Assembly: GCA_041650495.1 (NCBI GenBank)
Contig: JBAZLB010000004.1
Coordinates: 39,281 to 103,280, forward strand
Reading direction: 5' to 3'
DNA length: 64,000 bases
Source: Candidatus Omnitrophota bacterium
GTDB taxonomy: Bacteria; Omnitrophota; Gorgyraeia; Gygaellales; Profunditerraquicolaceae
Position numbers and translations under genes: made by a program. Below the pieces are notes generated by a model. The model was not told the DNA's origin. It searched no databases and was given only the letters and a program-made list of their open reading frames with translations. Each line of letters opens with the position of its first letter. Within the stretch, counting starts at the first letter, position 1. Of the stretch, positions 9,878-18,518 are shown in pieces.

Positions 9878-11364
9878 GGATATAGTTGATTAACGTCAGT
9901 GCGTTCAGGAGGAGCATCCTCTTCAAATATTTCAAGATCTAAACATGCATAGACCGGGATACCTAAATCCTCACAGTATTTCACTGCGGTGGTATACCTT
10001 TTCTTCCTGACCTTGTAGGTATTTGTACCATCCAAGGTCATCCAATCAGTATATCCGCGTCCATGAAACATGTACTTGTATTTTAACGGCTCCGCCCTGA
10101 GAGCTGAACCAACAGGTGCCCCGCAAATATTCATACTGCATACCCTATCAATATAGGCAACATTTCTCTTGATATACGCTAACGTTTCCTGGAAATCTTC
10201 CTCTGTTTCTCCCGGATACCCGACAATCAATGCAATATCGTTTCTTATCCCCGCCTCTTTACTGAACCTAAGAAATCTTTCAGCCTCAAAGGCGGTATAT
10301 CCTTTGCCCATAAGTGATAAGACATGGTCAGAAAAACTTTCAAGGCCCAGCGAGAACTCCGTACAGCCCGCTTTTCTTAATTTCAGGAATAACTGCGCAT
10401 CAATTTCTGGCCTTATTTGTGCCTGTCCATACCACTTAACCTGCAATCCCTCATCTACAATACAATCACAAAGCTCTTCAAGAAACTTCAGGTCCGCATT
10501 AAATGCTAAATCATTAAGCCTAAAACAGCTATTATTATACCGACTCTGGTTTAAAACCATTTCTCTTAAAACATGGCCTGCCTTCCGGCAACGATAAGGA
10601 TGTGACAATATTCTATCGCTGCAGAATGTGCAGTTTCGAGTACATCCCTTGCTAAATATGAGCGGGAGCGTAAAATCACAACACAGCATTCCTTCCGTAT
10701 ATAAAGATAAATCAAACCCCTCAAATGTAGGAAATGGGACTGCATCAAGGTCAGTAGGAAGCATGGACTTAATGCAGACTGCCCTGTCCCCCGCGTGGTC
10801 CTTCCACACTCTAAAGATACCCCGATCGGATAACCGCAACTTCCCTTTATCCCTTAGGCCGTTCAATATCTCCAGTAATGCAAATTCTCCGTCTCCTATG
10901 ACAAAATAATCTACGTATCCTTTCACAAAGTCATTTTTTCTTATCTCGTCAAAAAATGTTGCCGGCCCGCCGATGACGATTATTTTATCAGGGGCTTTAT
11001 TCTTTAAAATCCTAAGGATTTGATTTAAAAACGGTATGGAGTCCATTGTAGCCGAAAACCCGATAACCGGCATATCATATGATGCTATTGTATCGCCCAT
11101 GCCTTCAAACAACGGCATATGCCCGTTGCTGGACCGACCCGCCTTCCACCAATGGCTATCATTACCGTTCCACCCCCTTTGCAAAACTCCCGAGTTATAC
11201 AGCTCAATATTTAAATCGCGCACCTCTACCATTATGCCCCTTGATTTTAAAAAGGTAGCCAGATACGCTATACCCAAAGGCGCCACCCGATGATCCCAGG
11301 GGGGCAATTGGATCAACAAGATACCGGGTAATTCTTGCCTCCTTTTCTTAAACAGATTCAGCAT
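9874..11364 (-). CDS. B12-binding domain radical SAM protein (class B)
   Basis: 496 aa. The N-terminal Rossmann-like B12-binding region (VIGFSATMD...IIVIGGPATF) is followed by the rSAM core FSKGCTRNCTFCSD (CxxxCxxC). Confidence 0.75.
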   Translation of the reverse strand: MLNLFKKRRQELPGILLIQLPPWDHRVAPLGIAYLATFLKSRGIMVEVRDLNIELYNSGVLQRGWNGNDSHWWKAGRSSNGHMPLFEGMGDTIASYDMPVIGFSATMDSIPFLNQILRILKNKAPDKIIVIGGPATFFDEIRKNDFVKGYVDYFVIGDGEFALLEILNGLRDKGKLRLSDRGIFRVWKDHAGDRAVCIKSMLPTDLDAVPFPTFEGFDLSLYTEGMLCCDFTLPLIFSKGCTRNCTFCSDRILSHPYRCRKAGHVLREMVLNQSRYNNSCFRLNDLAFNADLKFLEELCDCIVDEGLQVKWYGQAQIRPEIDAQLFLKLRKAGCTEFSLGLESFSDHVLSLMGKGYTAFEAERFLRFSKEAGIRNDIALIVGYPGETEEDFQETLAYIKRNVAYIDRVCSMNICGAPVGSALRAEPLKYKYMFHGRGYTDWMTLDGTNTYKVRKKRYTTAVKYCEDLGIPVYACLDLEIFEEDAPPERTDVNQLYP

Positions 11365-11373
11365 GTCTTATTA

Positions 11374-12381
11374 CTATGTGACAGGTTCACAAATTTTAGG
11401 GAAATCTTTTTGGAATTCATCAAAACAATTTATCAGGTGGTGGCAATTCTTTGTACAGCCGGCGATATCATTTCTTACCTTACCTGCTTTTTCTGAGTAC
11501 CAAACGTCTATAAGGCGGTCGCTCTTAATGTTGCCTATGCGTTCAAAATCATAACATAAATAGATATCCCCGACGGAACTGACCAAAACGCACCTATCAA
11601 GATTACACTGCCTTCTTTTCAAGAACTTCTTGGGATTTCTGTAATATGACTGAAAGGCCAGCAGTTGGCTAACGGGATTCCCGATCTTAAAGCCTTTGTT
11701 TTTTAGACGGATAAGCTCTGCGATGATCTGTATAGTCCTGGCTGGATTCTTAGGCCAGATAAACCCTAAATCACCATCCCACCAATTATCTTCGGGAAAA
11801 GTATTATTTGGCTGCATCGCTGCCATAAAATTTATCGAACCGATCCTTTTATCCTGATGAGCCCATTCAACCAAATCTAAGATCGTGTCTTGATTAATTT
11901 CATAAAATACGCAACACAGGTTTATATAGAGACCCTCGCAATAGGTATGAAGATAGGCAATGGCATCCATGGCCCTGCGATACACGCCAGTAACTCCCCT
12001 TAAATGATCGTGGACCTCTTCTTTTATACTATCCAGCGATATGCTTATCGACTTTAGGCCTGAGCCTGCTATCTTGCGAGCCATCTCTTCATCAATAAGA
12101 TACCCGTTGGAAGCTATCGAGGTATTAAAGCCCTTATCGACACTAAAACGGATAACATCTAATATCCCGTCAAACATTAACGCCTCCCCGCCTCCAAGAT
12201 CCAATTCAAATGGAAAATCAACCATCTGAGCTAGATCAGAAATACATTGCTTCCAATGTACAAGAGAGGGGGCCTGAGAGTAGTTCTTGACATAAATGTC
12301 ATCTTTCCATTTATAGCACATTTTACATCGCAGCATACATTTGTCGGTAATACCAAAACAACAAAACCCCGGTTTAATCAT
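11374..12381 (-). CDS. Radical SAM protein, family A
   Basis: FCCFGITDKCMLRCKMCYKW, LGGGEALM, C-terminal CTKNCHHLINC. Confidence 0.8.
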   Translation of the reverse strand: MIKPGFCCFGITDKCMLRCKMCYKWKDDIYVKNYSQAPSLVHWKQCISDLAQMVDFPFELDLGGGEALMFDGILDVIRFSVDKGFNTSIASNGYLIDEEMARKIAGSGLKSISISLDSIKEEVHDHLRGVTGVYRRAMDAIAYLHTYCEGLYINLCCVFYEINQDTILDLVEWAHQDKRIGSINFMAAMQPNNTFPEDNWWDGDLGFIWPKNPARTIQIIAELIRLKNKGFKIGNPVSQLLAFQSYYRNPKKFLKRRQCNLDRCVLVSSVGDIYLCYDFERIGNIKSDRLIDVWYSEKAGKVRNDIAGCTKNCHHLINCFDEFQKDFPKICEPVT

Positions 12382-12410
12382 ACTGACCCCCTCCTAAACA
12401 CATAGCCATG

Positions 12411-13457
12411 CTATATGGAGAATGGCAGATCCCCTTCAAAGAAACAATTGAGAAGAAAATGGCAATTCTGCCTGCAGTTTCTCACCGCTTCACGCGCCAG
12501 TTTAGCTTTATGAGAATACCACAAATATTCTATGCTATCTTTCGTTATATTGCCTAATTTATCTTGTTGGAAACAGATAAACACATCACCGACAGAGCTA
12601 ACATGGATCGCCCTGGATAAATTACACTCTGAAATTTTTATAAACCGCTCAGGGCATATAAAATACCTCCTGAAAGCCTTAAGCTGCGACAGATGATTAA
12701 CGATTTTCCATCCCTTTCTTTTAAGCTCTATCAAACGGCCTATCAGATCATAAACCTGTTTTATCTCCTGGGGCCAGAGATGACTGAAATCTTTTTGATA
12801 CCACCTGGAATCCATACCGGTATTATTCGGCTGCATCACTGCCATAAAATAAATCCAGTCCAAGCGGTTATCTCTTTGCACGCGCTCAGTTAATTCCAGG
12901 ATATCCCCGGCACTTAGGCTGCTTATCACACAACAGATTCCTTTTTGCAGCTCAGGACAGTATGTATCTAAATAGTCGACCGCCAGCATAACTCTTTTAT
13001 AAACCCCCTCAACGCCCCTTAAGTAATCATGGGTTGTATCTTTAAAGCTGTCTAAAGATAAATTTATGGTTGTAAGCCCCGATTCGGCTATTGCCTTTGC
13101 AAGCGGCTCGTCAATCAAGTAGGCATTTGTAGCAATATTGGTCTTCAACCCTATGTTACCGGCAAATCTTACTAGTTCTAACAACTCTTCCATTAAAAAA
13201 GGCTCACCCCCGCCGAAATTAACCGTAAAACCACTGCCCGCTAATTTACGGATAGAGGCGATTGCATTTCTCCAGTCAGTAACCGTAGGATGGTTATTTC
13301 TCGGGGGCAACGCTGACACATCATCTTTCCATTTAAAGCACATCCGGCACTTTAAAGTGCACCGTTCAGTTACGCTCAGGCAGCAAAAATTTGGCCTTGT
13401 CTGCTGACCGGGGAGATTTTCTAGCCATTTAACCGTATTTATGAATAACTTTCGCAC
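12411..13457 (-). CDS. Radical SAM protein, family A
   Basis: CCLSVTERCTLKCRMCFKW, FGGGEPFLM, C-terminal CRQNCHFLLNCFFEGD. Confidence 0.8.
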   Translation of the reverse strand: MRKLFINTVKWLENLPGQQTRPNFCCLSVTERCTLKCRMCFKWKDDVSALPPRNNHPTVTDWRNAIASIRKLAGSGFTVNFGGGEPFLMEELLELVRFAGNIGLKTNIATNAYLIDEPLAKAIAESGLTTINLSLDSFKDTTHDYLRGVEGVYKRVMLAVDYLDTYCPELQKGICCVISSLSAGDILELTERVQRDNRLDWIYFMAVMQPNNTGMDSRWYQKDFSHLWPQEIKQVYDLIGRLIELKRKGWKIVNHLSQLKAFRRYFICPERFIKISECNLSRAIHVSSVGDVFICFQQDKLGNITKDSIEYLWYSHKAKLAREAVRNCRQNCHFLLNCFFEGDLPFSI

Positions 13458-13460
13458 GGG

Positions 13461-14456
13461 CTATTCCTTTTGAATACCGGACGGCAACAAATTTCGTTTG
13501 AACATCTCTTTCAGAATTACGTTTGCAGCTAATTCATGCCCCTTCACATTAGGATGCAAGCCGTCTCCTATGCTTAATTCACCTACCGTAACTTTGGCAT
13601 TGAGAAAAGTAGGAGTCAAATCCAGAGAAGTTATATGCAAGTCTCTGATGATTTCGCGTATATAAGCATACCTGGTATTATCCTGTTCATTATACGGATC
13701 TTTCATGTAGGGGAATACCGCAACAAAAAATGATACCCCTCTTTCGGCTAAAAGGTCCCGCATTCGAGTTAATGATTCCTTGACTATCCGATAGCACTTT
13801 TCCTTCTCATCGAAATTTTCCCGAAAATATAGGAAGAAAATGATGCGCCGGTAAAGATAAGAATATTTAAACAACAATGGATTGATAAAACCAGCCGCAT
13901 CGTTTCGCGGCCAATAGACTACCGGCCTTCCCTTGTCCTTAATCACCACTGGAGTTACCTGAAAATCGTTTAAGCAAAATTGAAGAAGGACTAAGTCGGG
14001 CTTAAAATTAATACACCTCTGCTGTAAAAACGCTAATTCCTGCGCCGTATTATACCCCGGGACCCCGCAATTCCATATCTCAATATGCCCTGTTTTATCC
14101 TTTAAGGCATCTTCGATAAATTTCACATAAGTCATACCGCCGCCGCCGGTAATAGAATCACCTAATGCTATGATCCTGAATTCAGAGGCCTTTTTTTCTA
14201 TAGTTCGTTCCCTGTCAAATATGCCCAATGAATTTACTTTATATCCCCCGCTGCCTCTGCGGGGAATTAACTCATACCCCATAGCTCTAGACGCCTTTAT
14301 AAGAGTTGGAAGATCGGCGCTGTCATGTTTCCATTCTTCACTTGAAGTATCAAAAAATGGTTGGTAACCAATAGGCTGCAGTATCCGGGCACCCGCCTCT
14401 ATAAGCAGAAGCGAGAGAAAAACTGATACCACCGACAATGCAATATTTTGTTTCAC
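13461..14456 (-). CDS. SGNH/GDSL-family hydrolase (secreted or membrane-anchored)
   Basis: Signal-like N-terminus, block I IIALGDSITGGGG, block V IGDGLHPNVKGHELAANVI. The stop lies 4 nt before the upstream rSAM start. Confidence 0.65.
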   Translation of the reverse strand: MKQNIALSVVSVFLSLLLIEAGARILQPIGYQPFFDTSSEEWKHDSADLPTLIKASRAMGYELIPRRGSGGYKVNSLGIFDRERTIEKKASEFRIIALGDSITGGGGMTYVKFIEDALKDKTGHIEIWNCGVPGYNTAQELAFLQQRCINFKPDLVLLQFCLNDFQVTPVVIKDKGRPVVYWPRNDAAGFINPLLFKYSYLYRRIIFFLYFRENFDEKEKCYRIVKESLTRMRDLLAERGVSFFVAVFPYMKDPYNEQDNTRYAYIREIIRDLHITSLDLTPTFLNAKVTVGELSIGDGLHPNVKGHELAANVILKEMFKRNLLPSGIQKE

Positions 14457-14465
14457 GTCTTATCC

Positions 14466-16199
14466 TTATCGTAATATCTTCAACAAAGAGATAAAAGCCC
14501 GCTGCGCCAAATCACTCTCATACTTCAATTGAACTTCCGGGACAGATTTTATTGCACCCGTATCTGCAAAAAGATACTGTAGATCGCCTTTTAATCTCTG
14601 CCGGGTTATTACAATAAGATAATCGTTTTTAGTTACCGCTTGGAGAAAATCCGGGGATGATCTCCAAAAAGTCTCTACCCGGTATTTTTTCTGCAAGAAA
14701 ACCCTGATTAAATGCCCCATACGCATACTCATATCAGCGACCCACATCCCACGGAACCGCGGCGACTCTCCATCAAAAATAATTATACCCGGGACATAGT
14801 TTAAACCGGAATTATTATCATAATCTATGGTTTCGGCAATATGCCTAGCTGCCTCAATAAAATTTGATTTGACAGGCCGATGTGCGATAATCCCTTCTTC
14901 TAAATTCTCAAGGTAATGACGCCGAGAATAAGAAAAATACGAATAAAACAGTACAGTTATTATGCCCAAGGTCACTATGCTGTATTCCTTCCATTGCTGC
15001 TGTTTTAAAAAACGCTCAAGAAAAAAACCTGAACTTAAGGCAAAAAGAGGCAAAAGCGGCACTATAAAACTTCCCCATTTGATATGAAACAGCGTCAAAA
15101 GTATATAGCTCACACAAAACCATACCCCAAAAGATAACCGGGTTTGAAAGGATAACGCCCTGTCCTTCAATAGCCAAACTAAAGATAAGGCCCCGAGCAG
15201 GAAAAATAACGGGGAGGTGTAGTACATTATTTCCATGATGTAGAACAAAAAAGTATTTATGTTTATCCCCGCGTTAATTGTCTGGGTGCACGGACAAAAG
15301 GCATCTTGTGAGGCAAAAAGAAAAAGCTCTTTCCTCCCGTCAGCGACACTGCCGACCCAATTGCTTGATTTGAATACCAGGCTTTTACATGCCTCTATAA
15401 ATCCGTCCTTAAGATTCAAAAAAACATGCGCATAATTATTATCAAAATAAAGACCGAAAAATATCGCTGCAAGAAATAAAAAAATTACCGCATCCAATAT
15501 ATGCCTTGCCCTTAACTTAGGATCCAACAAAACAATCCCCGCGTGTAAACAGAATAAAGGGATAAAGAATACCAGATAAAGTCCTCCCGATAACACGCCG
15601 CAGATAAAAATAAAAGCTAAGAACACGGAGCGCAATACGGCCGGCATATACTTCCAGCGGAGAAAAATAAGTATAGAAATAAGCACAAAGAACGTAACAA
15701 GCAATGCAGAGTTTGTTTTCCGGGAAAGGCCGACCATGCCGGGGTAAAATGATAAGATAAGGGCTGACCTTATTCCTATTTGCTCACTAAAAATAACCTT
15801 GCCGAATATATATGTTGCAACAAGTACCAGCATAAACTGCAAAAATAAAACAATATTGATTAAAAATAATTTATGGCCGCCCGAAAGAGGCGCCATAATA
15901 GGAAAGGCAACGGCTAAAGATGCCAAATTAAAGTTAATTGCGGAGAAGGCATAGCCAAAATGGCTTACTTTTAGGAAATCCATGGTCTTAAATAATTTTT
16001 CCGCCGCAGACAAACGGTCATTAGCGATCATATCGCTATATTCAAATGCATTCTCTTCATGCCATACCGAATAACAGCCGTGCTGTATATAACCATCTTT
16101 TGAAAACCAGAAGATGTTATTGCAGAAAAGAAATAATATGAAAACAGCTGCGCTGATTCTTCTGTCGTGCAGGATTTGCTTAACGCTATTATGCGGCAT
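14466..16199 (-). CDS. Polytopic integral membrane protein; possible GT-C-type (ArnT/PMT-like) glycosyltransferase or polymerase
   Basis: 577 aa with 10 or more hydrophobic helices throughout and a C-terminal soluble region. No catalytic motif was recognised. The call rests only on architecture and context (glycan genes). Confidence 0.35.
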   Translation of the reverse strand: MPHNSVKQILHDRRISAAVFILFLFCNNIFWFSKDGYIQHGCYSVWHEENAFEYSDMIANDRLSAAEKLFKTMDFLKVSHFGYAFSAINFNLASLAVAFPIMAPLSGGHKLFLINIVLFLQFMLVLVATYIFGKVIFSEQIGIRSALILSFYPGMVGLSRKTNSALLVTFFVLISILIFLRWKYMPAVLRSVFLAFIFICGVLSGGLYLVFFIPLFCLHAGIVLLDPKLRARHILDAVIFLFLAAIFFGLYFDNNYAHVFLNLKDGFIEACKSLVFKSSNWVGSVADGRKELFLFASQDAFCPCTQTINAGININTFLFYIMEIMYYTSPLFFLLGALSLVWLLKDRALSFQTRLSFGVWFCVSYILLTLFHIKWGSFIVPLLPLFALSSGFFLERFLKQQQWKEYSIVTLGIITVLFYSYFSYSRRHYLENLEEGIIAHRPVKSNFIEAARHIAETIDYDNNSGLNYVPGIIIFDGESPRFRGMWVADMSMRMGHLIRVFLQKKYRVETFWRSSPDFLQAVTKNDYLIVITRQRLKGDLQYLFADTGAIKSVPEVQLKYESDLAQRAFISLLKILR

Positions 16200-16231
16200 G
16201 GATCGGCCTACTGCGAAGTATGATTATCGTT

Positions 16232-17278
16232 TCATATAACCTGGAACGGATAATCACCTTCAAAAAAACAATTTAAAAGATGATGGCAGTTTCTTTTGCA
16301 ATTTATTATATTATTTCTAACGGCGCATGCCTTCTTAGAATACCAGGCCATAGCCAGGTCATCATGCATGATATTGCCTATCCTTTCCCACTCATAGCAT
16401 ATGTATATATTGCCAATTGCATCCACATGGACTGCGCGATCCAAATTACAGGCTGTCTTCTTTACGAATCTATCGGGGGAATCAAAATATTGTTTAAACG
16501 CTTCCAGCTGACAAAATTGGTTATTTATCTTAGACCCCTGTTTTTTCATCCCGATTAAACGATCTATAACGGTTGTTATCCGTGCGGTATCGTCAGGCCA
16601 TAAATACTGGAATTCTTCCCGGTACCAGCGAGGATTAGGCCTGGTATTATTCGGCTGCATCGCCGCCATAAAATAAACCCATTTAATCCGCGGATGCTTA
16701 TTCACCCATTCCGCAACCGATACAACTTCATCCATATTAATCTTGTATATGACACAACAGATAATAATTTCAAACTCTCCCGGGCAATACTTATCGAGAT
16801 ACTCAATGGCATCCATGACTTTATGGTATACCCCCGGCACTCCACGTAAATAATCATGCGTAGACGGATTCATGCTATCCAGCGAAATATTAATGCTCGA
16901 CAGCCCGGACCTTCCTATTCTGCGAGCCATAGGTTCATCAATCAAGCAAGCGTTGCTGGCGATGTTAGTACGCAAACCGTTCTCTGCAGCAAAATGCACG
17001 ATATCCAATAGCCCTTCTAATAGAAGCGCTTCCCCCCCGCCAAAGTTTATAAGAAAATCCCTGCCCGCTATTGAGCGCAACGACGATATAGCTCTTTTCC
17101 ATAAGGTTATATCCGGTTTCGGTATGTCCCTGGGGACATTAAGGTCGGGTCTCCACTTTTGACACATTTTGCAGCGTAAAAAACACTCATCGACTACGCC
17201 AAAACAACAGAAACCAGGCCTTAATGTAGCCCGGAAATCCATCTTGACATCCTCGCTGCTATTGATTTGTCCGCTCAT
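16232..17278 (-). CDS. Radical SAM protein, family A
   Basis: FCCFGVVDECFLRCKMCQKW, FGGGEALLL, C-terminal CKRNCHHLLNCFFEGD. This is the closest paralog of 12411..13457. Confidence 0.8.
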   Translation of the reverse strand: MSGQINSSEDVKMDFRATLRPGFCCFGVVDECFLRCKMCQKWRPDLNVPRDIPKPDITLWKRAISSLRSIAGRDFLINFGGGEALLLEGLLDIVHFAAENGLRTNIASNACLIDEPMARRIGRSGLSSINISLDSMNPSTHDYLRGVPGVYHKVMDAIEYLDKYCPGEFEIIICCVIYKINMDEVVSVAEWVNKHPRIKWVYFMAAMQPNNTRPNPRWYREEFQYLWPDDTARITTVIDRLIGMKKQGSKINNQFCQLEAFKQYFDSPDRFVKKTACNLDRAVHVDAIGNIYICYEWERIGNIMHDDLAMAWYSKKACAVRNNIINCKRNCHHLLNCFFEGDYPFQVI

Positions 17279-17293
17279 GGAAGATATATTATC

Positions 17294-18502
17294 CTAAAAC
17301 CACTCCACCGTGGCTAAGGTTTTCAACAGCCTGACTTGTACTGGGCTGAGTTTATTTATCTTTTGATGCATGATCATATTCCTTCCTAAGTCATCGCAAC
17401 TTTTATAACAACCGATTTTCTTACCGGGGTCATTGCCTATAAAAGAAAGTAAATCATGGTCTTTTACTTTCGACTGCATGCATCTGCGGAACATCCGCTG
17501 TTTTGCATTATTCCATATTTTATCAAAATTATCTTTGTATAAATTCCCTATCGGGATCCTATGTGATTTAAGGCAGGAATTGACATTGCCATCAGCCAAA
17601 ACCCGGGCAAAAAGCCACCCAACATAACAGGGGATACTATCAATAAAACCGCGGTCATACTCTGCGGCACCTGCGTATTCGCTCTCTACGCGCCTCATAA
17701 ATTGTTCAAAATTAGAAATAATCAGCCGGCCTTTCTGAGTACAATATTCCTTATTCTCTTTCATAAGCCTGCACATCGCCAAGACATCATCAGCTTGGCC
17801 CTGCTGAAATAATAACGTATCGGTACACCCGGGGATAGTATCAACTACAGTAAATTCAACTTCTTCAGAAGCTGTTTCCAAGCAAAACTCGGCCATTTTA
17901 AGCAATTCTTGGTAATTTAAGTTAGAGATGACATTATAGATCTTTACTTTAGGAAAACACCCCTTGGTTCTATTGAGCAAGGTGAGTAGCTGCCTTATGC
18001 GTATAAAGTCATCCTGCGTTTTATTAGGATGTGTTTTTACATAAGTTTCCGCTGTAGCCGCCCATAAGCTTACAACAAGATAATCGAGTTTTATCCGTTT
18101 GAATGCCGCTAACATATCTTCGTCCACTAAAGTAAAATTTGTATGTAGGTGACACTTAAATCCCCGTTTCTTAGCATAAGAGATTATCTCTATGGCCGCC
18201 GGGTGCATTAAAGGTTCCCCTCCCCCGCTGAAATATAATTCCGCAGTATGCATTTTCTTAAGGGTATCTATCAAGCGTTTAGCCACTCGGTAATCAATAC
18301 TCTGCCGTTTAACGGCTTGGGGGGTCGCTTTATCTTTCAGTAATGGCGAGTTACACCAACAGGCAATGCAATTATTGTTGCAGTCATTCGTTAAATCAAT
18401 CTGGACGCAATCCGGCCCTTTATACGCATATTCGCCATTAAATATGCCCATAATAGTCATGGCGTTTCTTAGTGTCTTGCCGCAAATGAGGCTTTTATTC
18501 AT
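17294..18502 (-). CDS. Radical SAM protein, family B-like (402 aa, SPASM-like C-terminus)
   Basis: DLTNDCNNNCIACW (CxxxCxxC), FSGGGEPLMHP. The C-terminus IPCYVGWLFARVLADGNVNSC...GCYKSCDD is alignable to the C-termini of 3534..5261 and 21179..22636. Confidence 0.7.
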   Translation of the reverse strand: MNKSLICGKTLRNAMTIMGIFNGEYAYKGPDCVQIDLTNDCNNNCIACWCNSPLLKDKATPQAVKRQSIDYRVAKRLIDTLKKMHTAELYFSGGGEPLMHPAAIEIISYAKKRGFKCHLHTNFTLVDEDMLAAFKRIKLDYLVVSLWAATAETYVKTHPNKTQDDFIRIRQLLTLLNRTKGCFPKVKIYNVISNLNYQELLKMAEFCLETASEEVEFTVVDTIPGCTDTLLFQQGQADDVLAMCRLMKENKEYCTQKGRLIISNFEQFMRRVESEYAGAAEYDRGFIDSIPCYVGWLFARVLADGNVNSCLKSHRIPIGNLYKDNFDKIWNNAKQRMFRRCMQSKVKDHDLLSFIGNDPGKKIGCYKSCDDLGRNMIMHQKINKLSPVQVRLLKTLATVEWF

Positions 18503-18518
18503 GCCATCAGGGATACTT

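Noticed and set aside
7821-17278. Calling the family-A radical-SAM paralogs MoaA (molybdenum cofactor GTP cyclase)
   Set aside because: The N-terminal cluster context (TD[KR]C.L[RK]C..C) and the ~330-aa length do resemble MoaA. However there are six tandem paralogs, none of moaC/moaD/moaE/mog is present, and the C-terminal motif is CxxNCHxLxNC rather than the MoaA CxxCx13C GTP-binding cluster. The generic MoaA/twitch-like label is kept.
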